Notes: generated by a model not told the origin, from the letters alone. DNA of 64,000 bases from an uncultured Muribaculaceae bacterium (GCA_964370755.1 CAYJKL010000001.1:9046-73045), one strand, 5' to 3'; counted from the stretch's first letter, positions 27,757-38,091 are shown. Program-made: numbers and translations.

Positions 27757-29694
27757 ATGCGTTTTTTTAAACTTAGTTTTAAACTTTTTATATTTGGCTT
27801 TATCTCTTTTGTTGTTATTATGGTAGCTCTTTATGTCTATGCCTATTTAAGCCCTCAGATTGATTTAAAAACTCCTGGTAATCTATATTTATATGATAAT
27901 AATAGTAATTTAGTTTATCAAGGTTCTAAATCTAGTCAGTGGGTAGAAATAGATGATATTAGTGACTATTTGATAAATGCCACTATTTCTGTTGAAGATA
28001 AAAATTATTATAACCATTCTGGATTTGATTATATAAGGATTGCTAGTGCTGCACTTACTAATATTCAAACAAGAAGTATTACTCAGGGTGCTTCTACTAT
28101 AACACAGCAATATGCTAAAAATATGTACTTAGATTTTAGTCAGACTTTTGAAAGAAAAATAGAAGAGGCCTTTTTAACTCTAGAACTTGAAGTTCACTAT
28201 GAAAAAGATGAAATTTTAGAAGGTTATTTAAATACTATATATTATGGACAAGGTAATTATGGTATTGAAAATGCTAGTAACTTTTACTTTAATAAAGATT
28301 CTAAAGATTTAACGCTTGAAGAAGCTATAATTTTAGCTGGTATACCTAATAGACCAAATGATTATAATCCTGTATCAAATTATGAAGCATCTGTTAATAG
28401 AGCTCTTATCGTTGCTAAAACTATGCTTGATAATGGTTATATTAGTGAAACTGAGTTTGAAGGTTTATTTGAAAATGAACTTGAAATATACGCTAAGAAT
28501 ACTGAAAATGATTTACAAATGGTTATGTATTATCAAGATGCTGTTTTAGATGAACTTTATTCACTTAAAGAAATTCCTACTTCTTTAATAGATTCTGGAG
28601 GTCTTAAAGTATATACCACACTTGATTTAGATGCACAAAAGAATTTAGAAGAAAATATTCTTGAAAATTTACCTGATGATGAAATACAAGTATCTAGTGT
28701 TGTTGCTGACCCTAATACTGGTGCAGTACTAGCTTTAACAGGTGGTGTTGATTATTCTCTTAGTACATATAATAGAGCAACTACATCTACTAGGCAAGTA
28801 GGATCTGTTATGAAATCTTTTCTTTATTATGCTGCTCTTGAAAATAATATGACTATGGCTTCTACTTTTAAAAGTGAGCATACTGTATTTACACTATCTA
28901 ACGATCAAGTTTATTCACCTAGTAATTATAATAATAAATATGCTAATAAAGATATTACTATGGCAGCAGCTCTTGCTTTTTCTGATAATATATATGCAGT
29001 TAAAACCAATCTTTTTTTAGGCATTGATAAAATGATTGATGTTGCTAAAACTACTGGCATTGAAGGCAATTTAAATGAAGTTGCTTCACTTGCACTTGGG
29101 ACTAGCGAACTTAGTTTGATAGATATTGCTACTGGTTATACTACATTTGCTTCTGGTGGATATGAAAGAGATTTATATTTTATTGAAAGAGTTGAGGACA
29201 TGAATGGTAATGTACTTTACGAAAAGGAACATGTAAATAATCTTGTTCTTAACCCTAACTATACATATATACTTAATGAAATGCTTGCTTGTACTACAAG
29301 TAATAAATTTAGTGATTATACTGTAGCAACAGGCGTTTCTATAGCAAATGAATTAACAAATAAGTATGCACTTAAAAGTGGTACTACTGATACTGATAAC
29401 TGGCATATTGGTTATAACGAAGATTTACTAGTTGCTATATGGATGGGTTATGATGATAATAAAGAGACCAATTCAACAGTGAGCCAAAAAGAAAGAAATA
29501 TTTGGGCTAGTACTATGGAAGATATTTTGGCAAATAAAAACACCAACTGGTATGATAAACCTGATAATGTAGTTGGTGTTATGCTTGATTCTGTTACTGG
29601 AGAAGCTCCTACTGATAGTGATAATAGTACAATATTTTATTTTCTAAAAGGAACTGAACCTGGAGCAAGCTCTTATGTTAGTACACCTGATTAA
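27757..29694 (+). CDS. Class A penicillin-binding protein (glycosyltransferase + transpeptidase)
   Basis: GT51 motifs SVEDKNYYNHSGFD and GASTITQQYAKN. Transpeptidase motifs GSVMKSF (SxxK), SDN, KSGTT. N-terminal TM anchor. Confidence 0.9.
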   Translation: MRFFKLSFKLFIFGFISFVVIMVALYVYAYLSPQIDLKTPGNLYLYDNNSNLVYQGSKSSQWVEIDDISDYLINATISVEDKNYYNHSGFDYIRIASAALTNIQTRSITQGASTITQQYAKNMYLDFSQTFERKIEEAFLTLELEVHYEKDEILEGYLNTIYYGQGNYGIENASNFYFNKDSKDLTLEEAIILAGIPNRPNDYNPVSNYEASVNRALIVAKTMLDNGYISETEFEGLFENELEIYAKNTENDLQMVMYYQDAVLDELYSLKEIPTSLIDSGGLKVYTTLDLDAQKNLEENILENLPDDEIQVSSVVADPNTGAVLALTGGVDYSLSTYNRATTSTRQVGSVMKSFLYYAALENNMTMASTFKSEHTVFTLSNDQVYSPSNYNNKYANKDITMAAALAFSDNIYAVKTNLFLGIDKMIDVAKTTGIEGNLNEVASLALGTSELSLIDIATGYTTFASGGYERDLYFIERVEDMNGNVLYEKEHVNNLVLNPNYTYILNEMLACTTSNKFSDYTVATGVSIANELTNKYALKSGTTDTDNWHIGYNEDLLVAIWMGYDDNKETNSTVSQKERNIWASTMEDILANKNTNWYDKPDNVVGVMLDSVTGEAPTDSDNSTIFYFLKGTEPGASSYVSTPD

Positions 29695-30650
29695 TTAGGT
29701 ATATTTATTTTAAGAACAATTGATCCATTTTCTTCTGTTTCAGTAAATGTTACATTTGGGTATTTTGAGATAAATTCTTTTATCTCATTTTTTATGTTAC
29801 TATCACTTGCTGGGCTTTGTGGCACATCAAATTCATCTAACATTTCTATTTCTTCAACTGCTGGACTTATTTCTGGAGCAGTCACACTCATGTTTGCTGA
29901 TTCATCTTCTAAAAAGTTAAAAAATTTATTTGGTACTTTTTCAGTATTATTTGGATTATTAAACATATTTTGCTCCTCTCTTTTTATTACTTCTTCTTTA
30001 GGAATTATTTTAATTGGCTCTATTTTAGGCTTTTCTTCAACGCCTTGCATTTTTATAATTTCTTCTTCTAATCTTTTTACACTTAATCTTTCATTTAATA
30101 TTTTATCAAGTAGTGTTTTTTGATCTTCTATTTTTTTTACTTTTAGAAGTGTTCTAGCATGTCTTTCTGAAATTTTTTCAGCAAGTATTGCATCTTGCAC
30201 ACTTTCATCTAAGCTAAGAAGCCTTAGTTTATTAGAAATAGCACTTTGACTAATCCCCATTTTTCTAGCAAGTTCCTCTTGATTCATTAAACCTTTATCA
30301 AGTAAAGCTTTATAAGATTTTGCTTCTTCTATTGCTGTTAAACTTTTTCTTTGAACATTTTCAACAATTGCTACTTCTGCACTTTTTGTATCTGACATTT
30401 CTGTTATTATTGCTGGTACTGAAATAAGTCCCGCTATTTTCGCAGCACGATATCTTCTTTCTCCTGCTATAATTTCATATTTATCATTTATTCTTCTTAT
30501 TATAATTGGCTGTATAATACCATGCTCTTTAATTGACTGTGCAAGTTCAGATAATGAGGCATCATCAAAAGCTAATCGTGGTTGAAAACGATTAGGTAAT
30601 ATGTCCTCTATTGGTATTTGCATTACATTATTATTATTCATGCTAGCCAT
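29691..30650 (-). CDS. noc: ParB-family protein, Noc-like (nucleoid occlusion protein) by position and recognition-helix residues
   Basis: ParB N-domain PNRFQPR and CTP-binding box IIAGERRYRAAK. The HTH GISQSAISNKLRLLSL...ISERHARTL resembles B. subtilis Noc (GKGQSTIANKLRLLKL...ITERHARAL) rather than Spo0J (GKSRPHIANHLRLLTL...LSMGHGRTL); this comparison is from memory. The C-terminus ...IVLKINIPN resembles Noc ...IQLTIRIPK. The gene lies immediately downstream of rsmG, as noc does in Bacilli. Confidence 0.75.
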   Translation of the reverse strand: MASMNNNNVMQIPIEDILPNRFQPRLAFDDASLSELAQSIKEHGIIQPIIIRRINDKYEIIAGERRYRAAKIAGLISVPAIITEMSDTKSAEVAIVENVQRKSLTAIEEAKSYKALLDKGLMNQEELARKMGISQSAISNKLRLLSLDESVQDAILAEKISERHARTLLKVKKIEDQKTLLDKILNERLSVKRLEEEIIKMQGVEEKPKIEPIKIIPKEEVIKREEQNMFNNPNNTEKVPNKFFNFLEDESANMSVTAPEISPAVEEIEMLDEFDVPQSPASDSNIKNEIKEFISKYPNVTFTETEENGSIVLKINIPN

Positions 30651-30736
30651 CCTTATTTTTTATTCTATCATCATTTTATCATAATAATTTATTATTTTCT
30701 AGAGGTTTTTTTAAATTATTTTTTTGAGCGTAAAAA

Positions 30737-30756
30737 AAGTGCATACTTTTGCACTT
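30737..30756 (-). terminator. Intrinsic terminator after rsmG, separating it from noc
   Basis: Minus strand reads AAGTGCA-aaagta-TGCACTT followed by TTTTT. The hairpin overlaps the rsmG stop codon. Confidence 0.5.
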
Positions 30757-31459
30757 ACTTTAATTCTGATTTTATTATTTTATCGTATGGTCTTACGTTT
30801 TCTAAGTTTGATTCTTTAGTCTTAATAAATCTTACTATGTTTCTTTCTCCAGAATCATTTATCAGATTAAATTTTTCTTTTTTATCTACTGTTAAATTTA
30901 ATAGTTTAATTGTATTTTCGGCTTCTTTTAACTCTTCTGTAAGTGTACCTTTCATCGCAATAAAACTTCCATCTTTTTTTACAAAAGGAACACATAACTC
31001 TGTTAGTACTCTAAGGTTAGCTACTGCTCTTGCTGTTACTGCATCAAATTTATTTATGTTCTTTTTTAAGTAGTTTTCTGCTCTATCGTTTACTACGGTT
31101 ACCTTTGAACCGATACCATTTGATACATAATTTAAAAATTTAGTTTTTTTATTATTTGAATCTAAACAAGTTACTTCTAAAGATGGATAGAATATTTTAA
31201 GAACAATTCCTGGAAAACCCGCACCTGATCCTATATCTAGTAAGTTTGTAACAGTATTTAAATCAATTACTTTAGCTATTGTTAAACTATCGTAGAAGTG
31301 TTTTAAGTATACATCTTCTTTTTCAATAATTCTTGTTAAGTTTGTATGCTCATTATAATCTTTTAGAAGTTCGTAATATCTTTCTAATTTATCTAACATT
31401 TCACTAGTGTAGGTAATATTTAGTTTAGTTATTTCTTCTATAAATGTTTCTTTATTCAT
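30755..31459 (-). CDS. rsmG: 16S rRNA (guanine527-N7)-methyltransferase RsmG (GidB)
   Basis: SAM motif LLDIGSGAGFPGI. Conserved position after mnmG, with an 8-nt overlap. Confidence 0.9.
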   Translation of the reverse strand: MNKETFIEEITKLNITYTSEMLDKLERYYELLKDYNEHTNLTRIIEKEDVYLKHFYDSLTIAKVIDLNTVTNLLDIGSGAGFPGIVLKIFYPSLEVTCLDSNNKKTKFLNYVSNGIGSKVTVVNDRAENYLKKNINKFDAVTARAVANLRVLTELCVPFVKKDGSFIAMKGTLTEELKEAENTIKLLNLTVDKKEKFNLINDSGERNIVRFIKTKESNLENVRPYDKIIKSELK

Positions 31460-33266
31460 TTTTTGCGTACTCCTTTTTTAGATATACTGCAAGTACTGAT
31501 ATATCTGCTGGATTAACACCAGATATTCTAGTTGCTGCAGCTATTGTTTTTGGTCTAATTTTACTAAGTTTTTGTTTTGCTTCACTAGCTAGATTTAATA
31601 TTTTTTCATAATCTATATCATCAGGGATTTGTTTTTCTTCAAGTTTTTTTAATTTTTCAGCATTTTCATATGCTTTTTTTATGTATCCTTCGTATTTAAC
31701 TAGTATTTCTACTTGCTCTACTACTTCTTTTGGATAACTTTCTTCTAAATAATTTTTCAGTTTTTCTTCTGGTCTTTTAATAAGTTCATATAAAGATACG
31801 CTTTTAAGTTCTTCTTTTAAAAATATTTTTGTTTCTTTAATAGTTTCAATTAATGCTTTAATTCCTATTTCTTTTTCTACTAATTTATCATATTTTTCTT
31901 TAGAAATTGCGCCTTTTTCATATGCATATTTTCTTAGTCTTAAATCTGCATTATCATGGCGAAGTAATAATCTAAACTCTGCTCTTGATGTTAACATTCT
32001 GTATGGTTCTATAGTACCTTTTGTTACTAAATCGTCTATTAATACACCTATATATGCTTCATCTCTTCTAAGAATAAGTGGTTCTTTATTATCTAATTTC
32101 AAACTTGCATTTATTCCTGCTATGATACCTTGTCCTGCGGCCTCTTCATAACCACTTGTTCCATTAATTTGTCCCGCTGTAAATAAATTATTTATTTTTT
32201 TATTTTCAAGTGATACTGTTAATTCTAATGGGTCTACTGCATCGTACTCTATTGCATATGCATACTTTGTAATTTCAGCATTTTCCAAACCAATTATGCT
32301 TCTTACCATTTTTTCTTGAACTTCTTCTGGCATACTAGTTGAAAATCCTTGTAAATACCAATCATCTAAGTGGTTACTTTCTGGCTCTAAGAATAATTGA
32401 TGTCTTTCTTTATCTTTAAATCTTACTATTTTATCTTCTATTGATGGACAATATCTTGGACCGACTCCAGTTACATGTCCTCCGTACATAGCACTTTTAT
32501 CTAAGTTTTCTTCAATAATTTGATGAGTTTTTTCATTTGTAAATACTAAATAGCATAATCTTTGATTTTCAGGGTCATAACTAGGCTTATCGTCAAAACT
32601 AAATGTATATGCTTCAGTTGCTCCCGGTTCTTTTTGGATTATATCAAAATTTATTGATGATTCTTTTATTCTTGGAGGTGTTCCTGTTTTAAGTCTTATA
32701 ATATTTAGTCCATATTTTTTTAGATTATCTGACAAATAGTTTGATCTGTCTTCTCCATGAGGACCCTCTTCTTTTGATGTATTTCCTACTAAAATATTTG
32801 CTTTTGTATAAGTTCCTGTGGTTAGAATTACAATTTTACTGTATAATTTTTCTCCGTTATCTAAAATAACACCTGTTACCTTATTGTTTTCAATTATTAA
32901 ATCTTCTACTTTACCTTCTTTTATTTCTAGATTTTTAGTTTTTTCTAATGCTTTTAGCATATTTTCTGGGTATGTTATTTTATCTGCTTGAACTCTTAAA
33001 CATCTAACTGCTGGACCTTTTGAAACATTTAGCATTTTAGCTTGAAAATGAGAAATATCTGCAATTTTACCCATTAGTCCACCTAATGCATCTACTTCTC
33101 TTACTATAACACCTTTACTTGTTCCACCTATTGAAGGATTGCAAGGCATATCTGCTATATTATTTTTATTCATTGTTAAAAGAACAGTTTTTTTCCCCAT
33201 AACTGCTGCTATATGTGCTGCTTCACAACCTGCGTGTCCTGCTCCTACTACTAGTATATCTATCAT
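31452..33266 (-). CDS. mnmG: tRNA uridine 5-carboxymethylaminomethyl modification enzyme MnmG (GidA)
   Basis: FAD motif DILVVGAGHAGCEAA, GPRYCPSIEDK, AGQINGTSGYEEAAGQG. Confidence 0.95.
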   Translation of the reverse strand: MIDILVVGAGHAGCEAAHIAAVMGKKTVLLTMNKNNIADMPCNPSIGGTSKGVIVREVDALGGLMGKIADISHFQAKMLNVSKGPAVRCLRVQADKITYPENMLKALEKTKNLEIKEGKVEDLIIENNKVTGVILDNGEKLYSKIVILTTGTYTKANILVGNTSKEEGPHGEDRSNYLSDNLKKYGLNIIRLKTGTPPRIKESSINFDIIQKEPGATEAYTFSFDDKPSYDPENQRLCYLVFTNEKTHQIIEENLDKSAMYGGHVTGVGPRYCPSIEDKIVRFKDKERHQLFLEPESNHLDDWYLQGFSTSMPEEVQEKMVRSIIGLENAEITKYAYAIEYDAVDPLELTVSLENKKINNLFTAGQINGTSGYEEAAGQGIIAGINASLKLDNKEPLILRRDEAYIGVLIDDLVTKGTIEPYRMLTSRAEFRLLLRHDNADLRLRKYAYEKGAISKEKYDKLVEKEIGIKALIETIKETKIFLKEELKSVSLYELIKRPEEKLKNYLEESYPKEVVEQVEILVKYEGYIKKAYENAEKLKKLEEKQIPDDIDYEKILNLASEAKQKLSKIRPKTIAAATRISGVNPADISVLAVYLKKEYAKNE

Positions 33267-33322
33267 TTAACCACTTTCACTTTCGCTTTCAAATGTATTA
33301 TAACAAAAAAAAGCAGCAATTG

Positions 33323-33970
33323 CTACTTTGATTTTCCAAATAATCTTATTAAATCTAAAAATAAATTAATGAAATCAATATATAATTCAAATGCACCATA
33401 TATTACAAGTTTATTATCTTCCATTCTAGATATTTGATTTTTGATTTTTTGCATATCGTATGATATAAAACCAGTAAATATTAATGCTGATGCTGCTGTT
33501 ATAATTATGTTAATAGTTTCACTTTCTAAGAAAAAGTAACTAACTAATGAGAATACGATAATTATTAATAATGATATTGATAACATATTTCCTAAACCTG
33601 TTAAGTCTTTTTTGGTTTTATATCCTATAATTGCCATTACCACAAAAATTGCAGATGTTAATAGGAATATTGATATTATTGATGACATCTCATATGTCAA
33701 AAATATACTTGAAAATGTTATACCTATAATACTTGAATATACTAGGTATAAAATATATAAAATTTGTGTTGGTAACTTGTTAATTAATAATTTGAATGCA
33801 AATGCTGTTACTAACATTGCTATTATTATAGGTAATGTCCCTATATCTACTAATAGTTTATAAGCGAGTTCTGCATCATTAGATATGTAGTATCCTGCTC
33901 CAAATGAGATTAGTAATCCTATTGCCAACCATAAAAATATTTTATTAAATATATCATAATTATTTTCCAT
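33323..33970 (-). CDS. Bax inhibitor-1/YccA family membrane protein
   Basis: Seven predicted TM helices and the C-terminal signature GAFELYIDFINLFLDLIRLFG. Confidence 0.8.
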   Translation of the reverse strand: MENNYDIFNKIFLWLAIGLLISFGAGYYISNDAELAYKLLVDIGTLPIIIAMLVTAFAFKLLINKLPTQILYILYLVYSSIIGITFSSIFLTYEMSSIISIFLLTSAIFVVMAIIGYKTKKDLTGLGNMLSISLLIIIVFSLVSYFFLESETINIIITAASALIFTGFISYDMQKIKNQISRMEDNKLVIYGAFELYIDFINLFLDLIRLFGKSK

Positions 33971-33998
33971 ATTATTTTTTTCCTTTCAAAATACAATG

Positions 33999-34676
33999 TT
34001 ATCTTACTGGTAAATATCCTGCGATTGCACCAGCTAAGTTCATAATAGGCATTGATTGTAAGTATACTACTCCAGGACCCGTTATAACTGTATTAAATAG
34101 ACCTTCTCCTCCGAATACCATATTTTTTAAACCTGGTACAGTTTTAATATCCATTTTACATGTTGCACTCATAGCTGCTAAATTTCCAGTATCCACTATT
34201 ATTTGTTCTCCATCTGCTAGTGTTTTTTCTACTACATATCCATCAAATTCTGCAAATGCAAGGCCTTCTCCAGATATTTTTTGTAGAATAAACCCTTCTC
34301 CTCCAAATAATCCTGCTCCGATTTTTTTTCTAAAATGCATTGATAACTCTACTCCTCTTGTTGAGCATAAGTATCCACCTTTTTGAAATATCATTTCACT
34401 TCCTGGTTTAATTTCAAATACTTTAATTTCACCTGGTAAGTTAGATGCTATAGAGATTGATCCTGGTCCACCCTTTGCTGTATATATGTTTTGCATTAAA
34501 GTTTCCCCAGATAAAGCTCTTCCTAAAAGTTTACCAACTCCACCATTTGTAGTTGTTTTCATTTCCATGTTAGGTGTCATCCAGCACATTGCTCCACCTT
34601 CACTGTTTATTGATTCATTTTCTTCAAGTTCTATTGTAAGTAGCGGCAAATTTCCGCCTTCTATTTTATAATTCAT
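33999..34676 (-). CDS. AIM24/TIGR00266 (DUF124) family protein
   Basis: MNYKIEGGNLPLLTIELEENESINSEGGAMCWM and repeated GGEG(L/F) motifs are typical of the family. Confidence 0.7.
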   Translation of the reverse strand: MNYKIEGGNLPLLTIELEENESINSEGGAMCWMTPNMEMKTTTNGGVGKLLGRALSGETLMQNIYTAKGGPGSISIASNLPGEIKVFEIKPGSEMIFQKGGYLCSTRGVELSMHFRKKIGAGLFGGEGFILQKISGEGLAFAEFDGYVVEKTLADGEQIIVDTGNLAAMSATCKMDIKTVPGLKNMVFGGEGLFNTVITGPGVVYLQSMPIMNLAGAIAGYLPVR

Positions 34677-34706
34677 TATTTCCTCCAGTTATATTTTATC
34701 ATATTT

Positions 34707-36050
34707 TTATTTGCCTAAGCAAAAATTTGCAAATATTTTGTCTACTAGTTCATCTTCGTAAAATTCTCCAGTTAATTCTCCTAAAAATTGCCAAGCGTTT
34801 TTTATATCTATTTCTATTAAATCAAGTTCAATCTTTTCTTCTTTACTTTTTATAGCAGTTTCAATAGATTTATATGCTTTTTTTGCTAAGTTAATCTGTC
34901 TTATATTACATAAATAAGTCATATCTTTACTTAAAATTTCGCTTATTTTTAGTTTTTCACTTATTTTATTTTTTAATTCATCTATTCCATTTACTGATAG
35001 TGTATTTCCATATACTATATCATTATGATTTATATCAAGTTTTTTTTCTAAATCATTTTTGTTAATAAATATAAGTGTTTTTTCTATGTCTGCGTTATTA
35101 ATTAAATATTCATCTTCTAATGTTAATTGTTCATTATTATTAAGAACTATTATTACTAAATCAGCATTTTCATAAGCTTTTTTACTTTTTTCAACACCAA
35201 TTTTTTCAACAATGTTTTCAGTTTCTCTAATTCCTGCTGTATCGATAAAGTGGAGCTCTATATTATCTATCATAACTGAGCCTTCAACTACGTCTCTTGT
35301 AGTTCCTGGGATGTTAGTAACTATTGCTTTTTCTTCATCTAAAAATGCATTTAATAAACTAGATTTACCTACATTTGGTCTACCTACTATTGCTACTTTA
35401 ATACCATTTTTTATAAGTTGACCATTTTCGGAATCTTTTATAATTTCTGCTAAATCTGTGTTTATTTCAGTTAAAAATTTATCAATCATTTCTTCGGTTA
35501 CTTCGACTTCATCTGTATATTCTGGATAATCTATGTTAACTTCTATATTGCTTATAATTTTCGAAATTTTTTCTCTTAATTTATTTATTTTTGCATAAAG
35601 ACGGCCATTTACAGCATTTAAAGCCATTGTTCTTGAGCTATCATGTTTAGCTAATATTAAATCATTTACCGCTTCGGCTTTTGTAAGATCTATTCTTCCA
35701 TTTAAAAATGCTCTTTTAGTAAATTCTCCTGGCTCTGCTAAATCTGCTCCATTTTCTAGTAGTAACTCTAAAACTTTTGTTGTAGTTGAAATTCCTCCAT
35801 GACAGTTTATCTCTACTAAATCTTCACAAGTATACGTTTTAGGACCCTTCATTAGCATTACAAGTACTTCATCTATAATCTCATCTACATTTAAAATATG
35901 TCCATAAGTTATTGTGTGACTTTCTTTTTTTGATAAATCTTTTGTAAATATTTTATTTACTATATTTATTGCTTCTTTTCCAGAAATTCTTACAATAGAT
36001 ATTGCTCCATTACCTACTGCCGATGATATTCCTGCTATAGTATTTTCCAT
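34707..36050 (-). CDS. mnmE: tRNA modification GTPase MnmE (TrmE/ThdF)
   Basis: G1 GRPNVGKSSL, G3 DTAG, NKND, and the C-terminal FCLGK motif. Confidence 0.95.
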   Translation of the reverse strand: MENTIAGISSAVGNGAISIVRISGKEAINIVNKIFTKDLSKKESHTITYGHILNVDEIIDEVLVMLMKGPKTYTCEDLVEINCHGGISTTTKVLELLLENGADLAEPGEFTKRAFLNGRIDLTKAEAVNDLILAKHDSSRTMALNAVNGRLYAKINKLREKISKIISNIEVNIDYPEYTDEVEVTEEMIDKFLTEINTDLAEIIKDSENGQLIKNGIKVAIVGRPNVGKSSLLNAFLDEEKAIVTNIPGTTRDVVEGSVMIDNIELHFIDTAGIRETENIVEKIGVEKSKKAYENADLVIIVLNNNEQLTLEDEYLINNADIEKTLIFINKNDLEKKLDINHNDIVYGNTLSVNGIDELKNKISEKLKISEILSKDMTYLCNIRQINLAKKAYKSIETAIKSKEEKIELDLIEIDIKNAWQFLGELTGEFYEDELVDKIFANFCLGK

Positions 36051-36121
36051 TTTTAACTCCTTCTTTTTGTTTAGTATATCACATTTATTTTATGATTTAA
36101 AGATTTAAAAACAGAATATTT

Positions 36122-36727
36122 CTATTCTGCTTCTATAACTAAATGTCTATTAGGTTCTACACCTTCACTATGTGTTTTAATTCCTTTAAATTCAGTTAAT
36201 GCATTGTGCATTATTCTTCTTTCAAATGAATTCATATTTTCTAAATGTACTGGAATTTTAGTTTTTAAAACTTCTTTTGCAGTTGTTTTAGCAAGTCTAA
36301 TCAGTCTAGATTCTTTTTTATCACGATAATTTTCAACATCTAAAGTTACTTTAAAGTTAATACCTGTATCAATAAATACTTTTTGCTTTGCAAGTATCTC
36401 TAATGATTTGATTGTTTGACCATTTTTACCAATTAAAATCGAACTATTTTCAGAGTGCATTTTTATTGTAGTGCGCCCTTCTTTAGTAAGAACTTCAAAA
36501 GTTACTTCTAAATTTAGACCATTACATATTTCTTTTAAGTATTTTTTAATTTCAGTATATATATCTTCTTTTTTATAAACTGTTGCTTTAACACTTTCAC
36601 CTTTAAATAATTTTCCTTTAACTTTTTCTTTTGTATAAATGTAATCACTAGATGTTAAATTATTTTCTTCATTAATTTTTTCTAAAGCTTCCTCAATCGT
36701 TTTTGCTTCTTTTACTAATTTTTCCAT
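36122..36727 (-). CDS. khpB: Jag/KhpB RNA-binding protein (Jag_N, KH and R3H domains)
   Basis: KH-like GKNGQTIKSLE and R3H ERRIMHNAL. Conserved position after yidC. Confidence 0.85.
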   Translation of the reverse strand: MEKLVKEAKTIEEALEKINEENNLTSSDYIYTKEKVKGKLFKGESVKATVYKKEDIYTEIKKYLKEICNGLNLEVTFEVLTKEGRTTIKMHSENSSILIGKNGQTIKSLEILAKQKVFIDTGINFKVTLDVENYRDKKESRLIRLAKTTAKEVLKTKIPVHLENMNSFERRIMHNALTEFKGIKTHSEGVEPNRHLVIEAE

Positions 36728-37757
36728 TTTCCCTACCTTCTTTTTTATCTAATCTATTTTTGATTTTATTAGATTTTTCTTCTTTAATTATTTTATCTTT
36801 TTTTGGTTTTCTATCACCTAGATACCATTTAATTAAATACGTTTGAAGTGCTATAAATGCATAAGTTACTATCCAGTAAAAATGCAGTGCTGTTGGGAAA
36901 TTAATTGATGACACTAAAATTATTACTACCATAATGTTCATCATCATTTTTGTTTGTTTTGCTGATGCTTCATTCATTGTTGGAGCTTGACTCATAGAAT
37001 ATTTAAATGAGAAGAATGTTGAAAATGCTATAAGCACTAAAAGTACTATATAACTATAATTTCCATTTTGTATTCCTACAAGTGGAGTTGTTCCAAGGTT
37101 CCATCCAAATAATGTTTCTTCATATATTGCTGGTGTTCTATAAATTGCATCTAAGAATGCGAAGAATATAGGTAATTGTATAAATGCTAGCAGACATCCT
37201 GTTGCAGGATTTACTTTATATTTGCTATATACTCCCATCATTTCTTGACTTTTTGCCATTTGAGAATCTCTGTCAGTTCTGTTTTTATATTTTTCTTCGA
37301 TTTTTTTCATCTCTGGCATTGCTTTTTTCATATTTTGCGATTGTCTTGAGTTTTTTATTTGTACTGGTAATAAAATTATACGGATACATAAACCCACTAA
37401 CATTACCGCTACACCTAGTGATCCAACTAACTCGCCTACACTATTTATTGCCCATGCAGTTGGTTTTACAAATAAAAATTGCCATATTGAAGATGTCTCA
37501 TTTGAATTTACTGTAAAATCTTCACAAGTCGGTAGATCTTCTAGTTTATTTTCTAATTGATCTTCATATGTTTTATATATTGCATATACTTCACTGTCAC
37601 TATCTGGTTTACAAAGAATATCTTTTCTAAGCATTTGACCAGTTTTTTCATATTTTACTATTTCTTCATTTTTATCTAGTATATAATCATTTGACCCACA
37701 TCCACTTGAAAATAGTATTAATAAAAGCGCAGTTAGTCCTAAAATTTTTGTTTTCAT
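36693..37757 (-). CDS. yidC: Membrane protein insertase YidC/SpoIIIJ (lipoprotein form)
   Basis: Lipobox LFSSGC after the signal peptide. Has the 60-kDa inner-membrane-protein core (PLQIK-like LLPVQIKNSRSQ...) and a basic C-terminal tail. Confidence 0.9.
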   Translation of the reverse strand: MKTKILGLTALLLILFSSGCGSNDYILDKNEEIVKYEKTGQMLRKDILCKPDSDSEVYAIYKTYEDQLENKLEDLPTCEDFTVNSNETSSIWQFLFVKPTAWAINSVGELVGSLGVAVMLVGLCIRIILLPVQIKNSRQSQNMKKAMPEMKKIEEKYKNRTDRDSQMAKSQEMMGVYSKYKVNPATGCLLAFIQLPIFFAFLDAIYRTPAIYEETLFGWNLGTTPLVGIQNGNYSYIVLLVLIAFSTFFSFKYSMSQAPTMNEASAKQTKMMMNIMVVIILVSSINFPTALHFYWIVTYAFIALQTYLIKWYLGDRKPKKDKIIKEEKSNKIKNRLDKKEGRENGKISKRSKND

Positions 37758-38080
37758 TGTTCTCCTTTAATTAATTTAATTAATTCATTTTCTTTTTCAT
37801 TATATGACAGCTTTGCACCGTCACTATTTATCATTATAATATATTTACGGTTATTTTGAAAGTATATTTTGTTTTTATCTATAATATTTTTAAGTTGTCT
37901 TCTTATTTTATTACGGTAAACAGCGTTTCCTAATTTCTTTGATACTGCAAAACCGAATAATGGTATTTCAGAATTTGTTTTTAGGAAAAATATTTTAAAA
38001 TACTTACTTTTTGTTTTTTGACCCTTTTGTATAATGTTATTGTAGTCTTTTCTTTCTTTTACTATTTCTCTTTTTTTCAT
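37754..38080 (-). CDS. rnpA: Ribonuclease P protein component
   Basis: Basic 108-aa protein with the RNR motif region GNAVYRNKIRRQLK, downstream of rpmH. Confidence 0.85.
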   Translation of the reverse strand: MKKREIVKERKDYNNIIQKGQKTKSKYFKIFFLKTNSEIPLFGFAVSKKLGNAVYRNKIRRQLKNIIDKNKIYFQNNRKYIIMINSDGAKLSYNEKENELIKLIKGEQ

Positions 38081-38091
38081 AAATTCCTCCT

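Noticed and set aside
30618-31073. Tracked 151-aa plus-strand ORF overlapping the noc start and rsmG
   Set aside because: It is antisense to two well-supported genes and has no RBS or recognisable motif.
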